From the NCBI RefSeq assembly GCF_032062105.1, contig NW_026938446.1, forward strand, positions 62,001 to 126,000: a DNA stretch of 64,000 nt. The letters run 5' to 3'. This document shows positions 25,463 to 38,800 of this stretch, one piece after another. A program made the position numbers and the translations under genes. Source of the stretch: Saccostrea cucullata (taxonomy: Eukaryota). Positions within the stretch are counted from its first letter, which is position 1, and each line of letters opens with the position of its first letter. Under the pieces are notes generated by a model, which saw only the letters and a program-made list of their open reading frames with translations, ran no database searches and had not been told where the DNA came from.

Positions 25463-28400
25463 ATGTTTCATTTGCTGAAACTCGCTTGCTTGCTTGTTAT
25501 TTCTTGCATTGGAAATGAAAGTGCTGCCTTCCTCTTGGACGGACACGCAAATCCGTCCTCTGCAAGCAGTCAAGGCATCGGTACCTACAATATTTACGAA
25601 AAGATAGACGCCATGGAAAGAGTGTTGAGCGATTGGAATATCACTTTAACGGAGAAAGTCCGTGACCTTGAAATGAGCACTCAGAAAAAGATCAAAGACA
25701 TGGAGACGATGATGCGCCAAGTTTTGCTTACAGTAAATCAGATGGATGTCAAGTTGGAAAACAGCGATGTTCACAATATGAGTCTTGAAATTGAAAGACT
25801 AAAGAAAGAAGTTTTCGACCATGTAAAGAATTCAAAAGGTATATAATATGTATGGCAAGCCAAATTCACAAAAATGAGCTAAACATAGTTTCACAGTTGA
25901 TAAACTAGGTTTATCGGTTGTAAACTATAGTTTACGGACTGTAAACAATAGTTAACAACGTTAATCTATATTTTACATGTGTAAACCATAGTTAACGCTA
26001 TAATCTATGTTTCACAACTAAACTACAATTAACACCGAAAACATAGGTTATGTGATAAATACAGTTTCACGATTTGTAAACTATAGTTTACAAACCGTTA
26101 ACTATAGTTAACGATCTGATAAATATAGTTTCACGATTTGTAAAACTATGAGTAACAACTTTTAACTATGGCACGCCAAATTCACAAAAATGAGATAATC
26201 ATAGTTTCACAATCGATAAACTAGGTTTATCGGTTGTAAACTATAGTTTACAAACCGTAAACTATAGTTAACAACGTTAATCTATATTTCACATCTGTAA
26301 ACCATAGTTAACGCGATAATCTATGTTTCACAACCGTAAACTATACTTAACACCGAAAACAATCATTTGCGATTGCAAAACATAGATTATCTGATAAATA
26401 CAGTTTCACGATTTGTAAACTATAGTTTACAAACCGTTAACTATAGTAAACGATCTGATAAATATAGTTTCACGATTTGTGAAACTATGATTAACAACTC
26501 TTAACTATAGTTTACGATTGTAAACTATAGTTTACAAACGTGAATCTATGTTTATCAACAAAATCTATTGTTAACGCTTATTACAGACAGATAAACTTAG
26601 ATTATCATTCGTAAACTATAGTTAACAACCGTTAAATATAGTTTTACAGATGAAAACTATACTTAACTAATCATTAACTATAGTTTACGGTTTGTAAACT
26701 ATAGTTTACAGTCGATAAACCTAGTTTATCAATTGTGAAACTATGGGCGAATTTGTTGCACATAAACTGGTTCAGGTTTTGGTTTAAGGTTTAAAACTAG
26801 TTTTTCAAACTGGTTTAAATTTCAATCCGGTTTACCTCGGTAAAACAAATGAACAGTTTATACAAGATGGTGTCAAAAAGCAAAAAGATGCAGAACAACA
26901 TACATATGCAAATAAATTTGTTAAAATCTTTCTCTTAATAAAAGAATCCAAGAAATTATAACGTATTTATATTCTTTGATTATCTTACATATACTAGTTC
27001 AAGTGCAATATTTATATTTTTGATACCTCAAAGATTAATCAAATGAACAATTTCCAAATTTTCGAGTATTTATAATTACTCTTTTAGATTTCCAATTGAA
27101 TATATAAGCTGTCTTTACATTATGTTCTAGACTACAATTTACTGTACATTTTGAAGTTTGTCCAGATGATTCAAAACTTATTTTGGAATAGGAAAATTTA
27201 ACATATTCTGTTCATTATTGTTGAACAAACGCCATTAACATGATTAATTTTCAATATGCAGTATTAATCTATTCTCTTCAGCCTTATATATAAAACATCA
27301 AATACCATTGTATCATAATGTGGCATTTTAGTCAAAAGAGTTGTTTGTCCTCGAAAAAAACAATCATTTATAACTTTTTTTCTTTATTAGAATAGTCACC
27401 ATCTTTCCTCACCGCCATATTGGAATACTCCCCGCTCTTTCGTAAACCGAATAAACCACCATCGGAGGTGGTTTGGTTGGTTTAACGAACTGGTTTCAGT
27501 TACTGCCAAAACAAATGGAAAACCGGTTCTGGGTTTAAACTAGTTTGAAACCAGTTTGTGGAACAAATGAACAGTTTACAAAACTGGTTCAAAACTAAAC
27601 CCAGTTTATGTGCAACAAATTCGCCCTATGATTATCTCATTTTTGTGAATTTGGCGTGCCATACTTAACTATAGTTTACGATTGTAAACTATAGTTTACA
27701 AACGTGAATCTATGTTTATCAACAAAATCTAATGTTAACGCTTATTACAGACAGATAAACTTAGATTATCATTCGTAAACTATAGTTAACAACCGTTAAA
27801 TATAGTTTTACAGATGAAAACTATAGTTAACGAATTGTTAATTATAGTTCACGGTTTGTAAACCTATAGTTTACAGTTGATAAACCTAGTTTATCAATTG
27901 TGAAACTAGGTTTATCTCATTTTTGTGAATTTGGCGTGCCATAAATATGTAAGTGTTGTTTGTATGTTTAAGCTTATGTCACTTTATATTGATATACAGC
28001 AATTGCACGATACTTTGATGTTTCAAATGATTAATTGGAATATATGTACATGTATTTCAAAATCATAAAAAATATTTAAATTTAAAACGTAAGATGCTTT
28101 TAGAATGAAAAGGGAAAAATTAAATTAATGAAAATATGATTGCACATATGACCTGATCACACTGACAGGTACTTGTGGACAGGAACCCCCCTCCCCCGAT
28201 ATTCAACCCCGGGGCTTATTGGACATTTTTTTCACAAATTATATTCATTACACTTATTCATCATGTGTACAATATGAAAAAATCATCAAAACCTCAAAAC
28301 AATCGCTCCACAAAAATACCCCGCTATACATAATATAATGTATAGTGGTTGTTGGCTTTGGAATGTCACAGCTACTCTCGACATTAAGACTACCGTGAAA

Positions 28401-29767
28401 AAGGTTGAATAATAGATCTAATCCTATGAGAAATATAAATGCTCTGATGAACTCAATACACAGGAAAATCAAGACTGTGCGCAAGGGAGATTATGAGAAT
28501 TTTTATTTTAATTTTGGGGGTTTATCGACATATCAAGTTCAATAACTCATGAATTATCAGTTAAGGTATAATCCGTTCCTTCCTCAGGTTAATAAAATTA
28601 GCAGTTAAGTAATCAAAATTACTCATTAAAGTATCTCTGAATCCACAAAATTATGTAAATTTATCACAATATATCTTTATAGTTAAATATTAAAGTTAAT
28701 CATTTTATATAGGGAAAATTGTCAAATCTCCAATATTTTTGCAGAAAAAGCGAATAGGAATATCAGCAATGCATTTTCTAATTGCAAATTGATCAACAAA
28801 TATATTTTAGGTTAAAAAATGATAGGTATCCAGGCATTCAGAGAAATTGTCATGATTTTTATACTTATTTGGTATTTTTTTGTGTTACATTTCCGTCATG
28901 TATTCTATAATACATAGTGTAAAAGGCTTTTGCTATCATTGCAAGACACCACAAATCACTTCTCATTTCACATCATGCTAATAAGCATTGGTATCTAAGG
29001 CTATTCAAGAAAATCTTATTTCTCTAAAACCGTATTAATTTTTTCTCCTTTTATAGGATACAAATGTCAACTTTTCTAAGACTTCCAAAGACCTTGAATC
29101 TTATAAAGATGAATAAAATGAAAATTGTTCCATGAAAAAAATTCATTTTCAAGCTTAATTTTGATGCATTTCAAATTTAATATTGATTTTTGGAGTTATC
29201 CTTCCTGGCTGAGGATCGGATATCCTTAAAATCACACAAGATTTTGGTAATCTGTTGAGTAAAGGTGAATTAAAGTGTTTGATAACAATACAAGAAAAAC
29301 ATATTCGAAATAATTATAGTTTCAAATTAATTCAAAAGTTTACTATGTGTTTCTTTTTTCTTTCAGTATTCAGTCTAAATTGTATTCCGTCTCTTTCAGA
29401 TATCGGGTTTACAACTCAACTTGATAATTCGTATAACAGCAGATCTGACATTATCAAGGGTAAAAATTCTCAAATATTTAACTCGGGGAATGCCTACAAT
29501 GGATCAGTGTTTACTTGTCCCAGCCAGGGATTGTACCTGTTCCAAGTGTCTCTGATATCTAACACAACAGGTTATGGTGCATGGATCTACAAAAACGGTC
29601 ACCATCTTACATTTGCTTATACGAGTGAACGCAGTCAAGGCCTCAATACCGGATCGGTTTCATTGGTCATTAACTTAGATATTGGCGATCAAGTGTACCT
29701 GAAACCCAACGGTGGTTTACTCAGAGTTGACGGTGATTCTGTATTCACTGGAGTCAAAATAAATTAG
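25463..29767 (+). CDS. C1q domain-containing protein D (247 aa)
   Basis: Exon 1 25463-25838 (aaag|gtat) and exon 2 29400-29767; intact C1q motifs FTCPSQGLYLF, LDIGDQVYL, SVFTG. Confidence 0.92.
26167..27663. mobile_element. IS3EU-like MITE inserted into a copy of itself
   Basis: TATGGCACGCCAAATTCACAAAAATGAG TIRs; 6-bp TSD TTTAAC/CTTAAC; nearly identical to 52627-53238 apart from the nested insert. Confidence 0.88.
26745..27626. mobile_element. PIF/Harbinger-like MITE (innermost nested element)
   Basis: Perfect 26-bp TIR GGGCGAATTTGTTGCACATAAACTGG; 3-bp TSD TAT. Confidence 0.85.
28565..29225. mobile_element. TTAA-flanked non-autonomous element (Kolobok-like)
   Basis: TTAA|GGTATAATCCGTTCCT ... 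AGGATCGGATATCC|TTAA, imperfect TIR. Confidence 0.55.
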
Positions 29768-31039
29768 TAACATTTATTCTAAAAATATTGAAATGACATA
29801 TATTTACTTTCAAAAATGAAGGTATATGTGAAGCTAATCGTATATTATGGTTAATCTTATATTTGTGTGACTTGCATGCATTTGAATTTCATACATGTAT
29901 GACTTTTAGGATTTATTGTCTTCTTTTAATTTATAAATATTTCAAAATTTTCTGAAAAACTAAAATTGTTCAATACTTATACTCTGTTGGGGAAGTCATC
30001 AAAGAGTTGAAAATAAATGAATTATTTTCCACCATTAAAATCTAGTTTAGTTTGACGTTGCTGAAAATAATGAAATGTATATGGTTGAAGAATGAAGATG
30101 CCTTGCATCCTTAGGTACTGGGCTTCCTCTGTAATGGGCATGGTTGTAAGATCATTGCACAATGAAAGAAAATACACTATAAAACAAACCTAAAATATGT
30201 GCCCGACCAATAAGTAAAATAGGATGAGCACCATGACGCTATATAACAAAGATCCTGTGAAAGTTTAATTTTTTAATGAATGGTATAGGAGGAGTTGCGA
30301 ATAAGAGATGAGTACCCCAATGCATAACAGACGGACAGTATAATTATGGTTAGGAACTTAAAATGATGCTTGTTTTAAAACCACCACTAATTTTGATTCT
30401 TCGCTTACATAGAGGGCACAAGAAGGTGCATAAGTTGGACATTTTCACGGATTTCCTAAATTCTCTTGGAAATTGCAAATGTTGGTACTTTTCATTTCTG
30501 GAAACACAGAGCACAAGCTTGTAATCTGAGATTTGTATTTAAAAGATGCATCTGATATCAGTGTACGAAATGTATAAATTTGGTAATTAGGCAAGCTTGT
30601 GCTATATGTTTTCTGGAACAGAATTTGCTGTAAAATCAATGAAAATTTGCATAAAAATGAGAAAATTTGGAAATAGTTATTTTTCCTTACCTTCATGTGA
30701 CCTCTTGTGTATCCCATAAATTAGAACCAGTACTCTTTATGTGGTAGGGCTGACAACAAATTTTTATTGAAAAACTTGCACCATTCTAAAAGAAACCCCA
30801 AACCATGGGCCAAATAGGGGTCTTAAGGTATCTTGTCCTTTATAACCTACACATACAGGTTACATTTGCTAATGCTGGCTAGTTACTGATAAGGAGAGCT
30901 TTTGCGTATTTCGAAACTCCTACCCTTTTTATGTTTAATCACTCATAATTTTTTCACCCTGAATTTTGGATTCATTTTTCATACCAAGCAAAAAAAAACT
31001 AAAGTGAATTCCATCACAAAACATAGGTAATCAAAGATT

Positions 31040-32016
31040 ACAAAGCTCACCTCGACGAATGTTATCAGTGTAAGTAATGCAAATCTCACATCATATTTTC
31101 TTAATATCTAGTATTTATCCCAACAACAATATTCTTGCAAGTTGTGTTTAACCCCTTACAGGGCATATACACATTTCTACGCACGTAGCGTGAAAAACAT
31201 GTATAGTGTAAACAAATATTTATAAATTTGATAATACTGCAGATATCAAGGACTTCAAGGTCATTGGGATTTATCTGTTCCCAAAACATTAACCTGGTCT
31301 CTTGTATGGAAAATATAGGTCAGATTCAGCATCCGAAGCAAGGCTGGTAGTGTCCATCCCTAGATGCATCATCCATGCAAGTTTGGTTAAGGTAGGGTTT
31401 ATAGTTACCGTACTTGGGAATGAACATATAGGTCAGATCCAGCATCTTAAACAAGTCTGGTAGTGTCCATCCCTAGATGCATCATCCATGCAAGTTTGGT
31501 TCAGGTAAGGCTTATAGTTACTTGGGAATGAAAATATAGGTCAGATCCAGCATCCAAAGCAAGTCTGGTAGTGTCCATCCCTAGATGCATCATCCATGCA
31601 AGTTTTGTCCAAGTAGGGCTTATAGTTCCTTGGGAATGGACCTGCTCCAAAAACTTTAACCTGGTCACTCATCTGGAAAATGTAAGTCAGATCCAGCATC
31701 TGAAGCAAGTCTGGTAGTGTCCATCCCTAGATGCATCATCCATGCAAGTTTGGTCTGGGTAGGGCTTATAGTTCCTTGGGAATGGACCTGCTCCAAAAAC
31801 TTTAACCTGGTCACTCATCTGGAAAATGTAGGTCAGATCCAGCATCCGAAGCAAGTCTGGTAGTGTCCATCCCTAGATGCATCATCCATGCAAGTTTGGT
31901 TCAGGTAGGTCTTATAGTTACTTGGGAATGGACTTGCTCCTAAAACTTTAACCTGGGACGCCGACGCCGGGGGTGTAGCCTAGGCTCATCTCGACTTAGT
32001 CGAGGTGAGCTAAAAA
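31040..32016 (-). mobile_element. Non-autonomous Helentron (HINE) carrying a satellite array
   Basis: Sub-TIR GCTCACCTCGAC at 31045, hairpin GCTCATCTCGAC-TTA-GTCGAGGTGAGC-TAAAAA at 31984-32016, internal tandem repeats. Confidence 0.75.
31290..31955. repeat. Tandem satellite, ~5 units (146-bp unit plus two deleted ~110-bp units)
   Basis: GTCAGAT anchors at 31319, 31432, 31540, 31686, 31832; core CTGGTAGTGTCCATCCCTAGATGCATCATCCATGCAAGTTT invariant. Confidence 0.9.
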
Positions 32017-32887
32017 TTGTGAATCAGACAAACATTTCTTCCCTGAATCCTTAATGTCTGAATAAAATATAATGTCAAAGACTTTAATTGTAATAAGTAA
32101 AAAAAAATATGCTTTATTCATCATTTAGTACAACCTTTCCAATATTGTATGGAATTACATGTAGCAAATACTTTACCGTTTCAAAGCAAATAAAATTACT
32201 TTTTAATAAAAATATATCTTGCTACTCCACTTCCCCACCCTATCCCCCAAAAATATAAGAAGCAGAAAATTCAAACTTGCATACATTAATAACAATTCCA
32301 TTATTTTGGCACTTTTTATATGATAACCTTTTCACAGAAAAGTGAAGTGTTAGAGATGAGACAAGATTTTCAATGTTTCCAAAGAGTGTGAAAAAAATAT
32401 CATACAATACTTATATAAGTAAAACCAGAAACTTTACAAATTGTGTGTAGTTTATGTCATACATTTTCTTTACCAAGTTACATGTAAAATGTAAAACAAA
32501 AACTTTTGCATCTAGTTTTTAAAAGTTGTTTGCACTTCCACAGTCATCTTTATTTAACCCCCCCTCCCTCTATACAGTAAGTGTCAAGGACAATAAAATA
32601 TTTTTTTTTAAAAACCTAAAACATAACAATATTGTTTATATTGTATTTGATCAGCCAAAAATTTTTTTAAAAAATTCTGATGAGGTGCATTTGCAGTGCA
32701 GTTAACATTTTTTTCTTTATTTTTAATCACATAGCAAATGAACCTTCTTCCTTTATCAAAAAATCAAATATTAACTTCTTTTTTAATTCTTTTTGACAAC
32801 AACATGTTTTATAATCTCATTCCAAGAAACGCTTATTTTCACTATATGTCTGTGACTAGAAGTTAAGATGATACATGACCCAGATCA

Positions 32888-35800
32888 CTAATTGATCCTG
32901 TGCTGCTGTCGTCCTAACAATGGCTCCTCTTCATCGTCTGATTTTGTTTCACTCTCTGGTACAGATTTTTCTTGTACTTGCTGCTGTCGTTGTTTTCTGC
33001 TGATGTTTAATATTCCTCCCTGTGCAAATGAAAAATAAGAAGGTAGAAGTATAAAAAATTTGAAAGATGAAATGCACTTTTTTTTCATTTTTGTTAAAAA
33101 ATTCATTCTTAAGAAATATTTCACATGCATGTACAATATATATACTGAATAAACCTAGATGCAAGATATGAGATTTATAAAACATATAAATAAAAATTTA
33201 ACACTGTTCAGTAAAATTGGTGTAAAAAATTTGCAATAGCACTCCTCATGAACAACATACCCTTTTTTTGTCTGTAATGTTGAGGAAGGTAGTAGCTGCT
33301 ACACAAGCTAGAGAATTGGCCAACAAAAATATCATTACATACTTCCATCTGTGTAGAATCTCCTCATCATTTAAACTGAAAACAGGAATATAAAAACTCA
33401 TTCTGGAGGGAAACATTTCAAATTGTGTAAACAATAAAGTTAAAATCTGGTATTGTTATTCCGGGGGCCTTTTTACAAAAAAAAAAAACAAAACAAAAAA
33501 CATTAGACTAAGACCAAATTTACATTCTGCTCATAAATTTCTATTATTAATACATGTATATTGATTTGAAAATTATTTTAATCTTTCCAAAATGAAGTTA
33601 GCAGGATTTATTTATATGCTAGCTACTGGGTATTTCAAACTAAATAATTAAATTAACAAAATTTTACAATCAGAATAAGTTTTTGGTCTTAATTGTAAGT
33701 TCTTTTGTAAAATGGGCCCCTGGATTTTATTATGTAAGACTTAATACGTGGTTTTTTCCTGTAAAAGGTCCATCTGCAAACCAAGGGTAAAACTAACATT
33801 ATATTAATTATAAAGCTTGCTTTCAGGCCATTTTATTTTATTTTTTCTGCATCATCATAATAGAATAAATTGCAACACAATGGGTCTAAGGACTCTAATA
33901 TATATAAATTTAAATTTGTAAGTGTTATTTGTTAAAATCAGATCCTTTGATCCGCTCGCATATATCGCTACACAAGGATCTGAAGAAACCCTTTCTAATA
34001 AAAATATCCATTAAAATTTTGACTAATCAGAAAGATCATACTTAAGCAACATTCTGGAAAAATAAATGTAAAAGTGAAAGTAGCTGTGGAAAAGATGTTA
34101 TCGTTTCATATAAAACAAAGAGCCAAAAAACAAGGCAAAAGCAAGTACTTATCATGTTTCTGTACAGAGACTACCTTAAATAGGGTTTCCTCAGATCCAT
34201 GAGTAAGGATCTAGGTGAGTGGATCTGATTTAATCGGATTGTACCCTGATGGAGTGCTTACCCTTCATTCTTTCCAAGAATTTGTCCCACCACCAAATTA
34301 GACACACCGATACCAATCATCTGTATGGAGGTAGTGAGACCCATGGCAGTCCCCACGGTAGCCTGGGAGACGACTAGGGGGATAGAAGGCCACATACTGG
34401 CCTGAAAATAAAATCAAAATTAAACATTACCAATAGTAATGAATGTCCCAGTCTGACTAAAGTTAGCTCCTACTTATTTCACTCCTAAAACAAAATGAAA
34501 TACAGTAAAACTCTATTATAGCCAAGTCCTGGGGACCTGTGAATTTTATTCCCTTTATCCGTATAACGAATTCCTATAACTTTATATAGCGTATTCACAA
34601 TATGCACATTTTCCTTCAAGTATTACTATCAAATATGTAAGAAAAAAACATTACATCGTACAAAACAAAGTGCCTTGGATAAATAAGGTTTTATGGATGA
34701 ATTGAATTTTATATTCCGGCATATAGTTAACATGAAATAATTCTCGAAACATAAAATAAATATTAAAGATTCCATACAATGGAGTAAAAGTTACAACTCA
34801 CAGCTGCAAATGAGTATGTGATTCCCAGCCAGATGGTACAGACTAGGGGGTACACCGTGGTGAAGGCCAGGAGTCCAAAGAGTGGGATAGTCAGCAAGGC
34901 ACACAGGAGGGCCAGGATACCCCGCTTACCTATTATATCCTACAACATATAGAACAGTTTATATGCAGCAGAGGGAACTTTCAAATCAGATTTACTGACC
35001 AGTAACTGAAAAGAAAAAAATGTTTTCCAGGTTATTTTACTTAACGAAATTACTAGTAATTAGCAAAATTCTGAAAGTAAAAAAAAATGACTTTCTGTGT
35101 TCAACCATTTTGTTTAGTTTATTTGCCAAAGACATGAAGCAAAAATGTTATGATTTACTCACAATGATACCTCCCAGAAATGGAGACAGAATCATAGAGA
35201 CATCATAGACAGCCCCGGCGATATAGGCACTAACATCTTTATGCATCCCATACTTCATATGAATGAACTTACTGGAAAAACAACCTCATTCAATCAAATA
35301 CATGTATGAAGATATGTAACAAATTCAAACTCCTTCCATAATCTTGGGGTGCATTAGGGATGTGCAATATTACCGGTATATCGGTATATTGCGGTATTAT
35401 CCACCACGATAATATATCGCGATATGAAAATCAGATACCGGTATTTCACGATATTTATAAAAATATATAAAAACTTCCTTTATTGTAGAAATTGTTAAAA
35501 TAAAACTGGAAACTTCTAAGTCTTTTTGTTTCTCGTTGAAAGAATTCTTCGTCAGTTTCATTCGGGAGAGAGAAAGAGAGAGGAGAGAGAGGGGGTGGAA
35601 GCTTTTAATTCACTGTTGCAGTTTTGAATATCTTACTTTGAAATAAAATTACTAATTAATAAGGCTTTAAAATAAAATTTATAAGAAAGAAAATATATAA
35701 AACATTTTTACAGGGTGTATACCATATGCATTGCGGTTCTCAAAATCTCACATTGAATCTACACGATCGACATCGCGGTGAAATGTCAAGTTCAATATAC

Positions 35801-38800
35801 CTGTACATATTACAAGTAAATGGTCATCCATGTTTCCACTTGTAGCAGTGTTGTTTTAATTATTTTTAATAACTTTCATGCCATTTTAAACACCTTATGC
35901 TATAGCAGGAGCAGGTATATATTAAAACAGGCCATTTCCTGATTTTACGTCTTGATCACTGTGAAATTAGGTCGGGTTAGACTAAATTACCAAAATGCAC
36001 GAAAACAGGTCACAATTTCTTTCTGATTTTTTAAATTTTATTTTGTAACCACAATAAAATTATTTTCATATAGGCCTAATATGTTACTATATTGTTTTAA
36101 TCTTTAATAACATTTTATGCTACTTTATTACCCCCCCCCCCAAAAAAAAAAGAATTGAATGAAAAAAGATTATATATTCTGTAAAAATTTTTATTTCAAT
36201 GTGAAAATTCTCCAAGAGAGTTCATCTTGTTTTACTATTTTACCTGGCATTTGATTAAAAGTAAAGTGTTAATTTGGTGTGCAATCAATGTCTTATCCCT
36301 CCTCCCCCTTTTAAACTTAAAGATAAATTCAAATAGTCTCTGAACTTGACAGCATTTCAAATATTCTGCTCAAATTTATTAATGATAATTAATCTACAAT
36401 ATATTGCAATATATTGCAATATTCAAAGTAAAATATTGCAATATATCGCAATATGGATTTCCTTCGCAATACCCAACTCTAGGGTGCATATTGATTTATT
36501 TTTTTTTATTAATGAAAAATCATAACTTCATAACACCAAATGATACTACATTTGTATTATTCACATCATCTCACCTGGCATCAGCCACAAAAGGGAAGAC
36601 TCCATTGTAGAAGAACATAATAGACAAGGCTAACAACCAGTAGGAAAGGGAGAAGTTCTTTATATCGGTCAGTTTCTGTTAAAAAGAAATATCATTATTC
36701 AAGTTATGTACCTGTTAGACCAAAAACCAGAGCCATTAATTATAAATTTTGCAAAAAATGTCTGCAAATTTGTCATTAACGTGTATATACTAATAAAATT
36801 CATAAAAATTTTTTTTAATGAATAATATTATATAGGCATATAACACAACATAAAAATACATACCAATTTCTTTGACTGTGATTTTAGATTGTCTTCATCC
36901 CCCAGGGCTCTGACACCCATTTTGTCCAAGAAACTGACAACTATTGCACTAACAAAACCCAATCCACACAACATGGCTCCTGTAAAAGTATTAAAACTTA
37001 AAGTAAGGGCATTGGGGATGAAGTAAGGGTATATCACAACAAATCAGCTTGATTAGGCAATTCTACAGGTTATCTTTAATTTCTTTCTAAGTCTATTGCT
37101 CTCCATTGAATTATTAAATTCATATCACAAACATAAAGTTTTTATGTTTCAGTGCTCTCCTTAGTTTGAATTTGTTTTTACTTCAAGTCTAAAGAACATA
37201 ATTACTTTGAGAAAAAAAAAATCAACGACACAATATGCTTAAAATTTAATGCTCGTATTTTCCAAAATTTTACCTCCCCATAAAGTCCATGATAAACCAT
37301 AAATGTCTTTGAAGTTTTGCGTAAGGAAGAAATTCAAAACACTTCCCAGTCTGGAAAATGCCAGAGTTATTCCGAATGCCAAAGCCAGCTCTTTGTTTCT
37401 GAACCAGTATGCTGTAATTCTGTTCTGCACAACTTCAATAAAAGGAAAATAAATCTTTTATAACAACTTAAATTTTACTAAAATCAATGTATATTACTCT
37501 TTTTTGTTTTCTGAAATGTAAATGTTTTTTTCCTTTTGCCAATGTGGCTCAAAGACTGGCATATTAACCCCCATTTTTTAAAAAAAAAATTTTAATTGAA
37601 AACAATTTTGCTGAAAATTTTATAGAATGGATAAGAATGATATATACAAATCTGCATTTCACTATAAAAAATAATGGCTGGATTTTGAGAAAATGCAAAA
37701 TGGAAGAGGAATATGGCAAGGATGTCCGCTTTCAGCATTGTTGTATTTATTTGCAATGGAAGTTTTAAATGAAAACATAAACAGCTCATGTTTAGTTAAA
37801 GGTTTTAAGCATGAAAATATGGAAAACAAAATAAAATGCATAAAGCATGCAGATGAAGTACTTTTCCCTTAAAAGATATACACTCTTTGAAAAATGCTAT
37901 AAAAATAATAGAAAAATTTGGAAATGTATCAGGAACAAAAAAACAGAATGTATATTACTAAAAGAGCTAAAAACATCGAAGAAATATTTGATAAGAATGT
38001 GGCAGCATTTAACTTTGAATTAATGCATAACTTACTGGCTTGTAATAAGTATGTTAGTAAATGGAAAAAGGACTTAAGTATAAACTGTTCGATTTGTAAT
38101 GTAGAGAAGGACCTAAAGCACCTTATTTTTGATTGCTGTATAGTAAAACCCATTTGAAGTAAAATAACATTGCCTTTAAATATACTAGTAGACGTGTCAT
38201 GAAAAATTATTTTCATTGGTTTTCCAGCATATTGTAATAAAAATTCCTTTATTTTAAATAATATATTGTCCTTCATTGCCTACAAAATATATAAATGTAA
38301 AATGAAATGTAGACTTTTAAATCAGAGTGTGACTAATGAGAATTTATTTTATTTCTTAAAAAATGCACTTACTCAGTTCTGTTTTATAACAGAATTATCA
38401 AAAAGTATTGAATGTTATTTCAATGTCATAAAAGAATTGGCAGAAAAATTATGATACATATTATATATTTATCCAAAGGTGACCTGGAGTATAGATTCAT
38501 ACGGGGAAGTGTGAACTTTTATGCATTGATGAACCCTACAATTATCTCTTGTGAAATTCAATTCTTTTCTTAAAGCTAAATATACACATATGAAAATGTT
38601 ATGTAAAAGTATGTGGACTTCTGTTATTTATCTATACATATAACTTCTTTTCAAGCCTATTTTACTGAAGTGTGTTTGAAAAATCTCAAATGATTTGTAC
38701 ATATAAACACATGTATATCAAATATCAAATGTATTTAAATATAAATATTATTTTTTTTAAATTCTTTCTATCTGATCCAGGGAGCTCCTGGCACCCCAAG

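Larger units (their letters stand above)
25851..27943. mobile_element. IS3EU-like MITE (outer copy of nest)
   Basis: TATGGC...GCCATA termini, perfect 6-bp TSD AATATG. Confidence 0.85.

Noticed and set aside
24147-27943. Short palindromic repeats (AACTATAGTT) as a CRISPR-like array
   Set aside because: Bounded by TIRs and 6-bp TSDs; internal repeats of a MITE
31290-31955. Regular repeats resembling a CRISPR array
   Set aside because: The intervening sequences are also repeated (no unique spacers), the context is eukaryotic, and the array lies inside a Helentron
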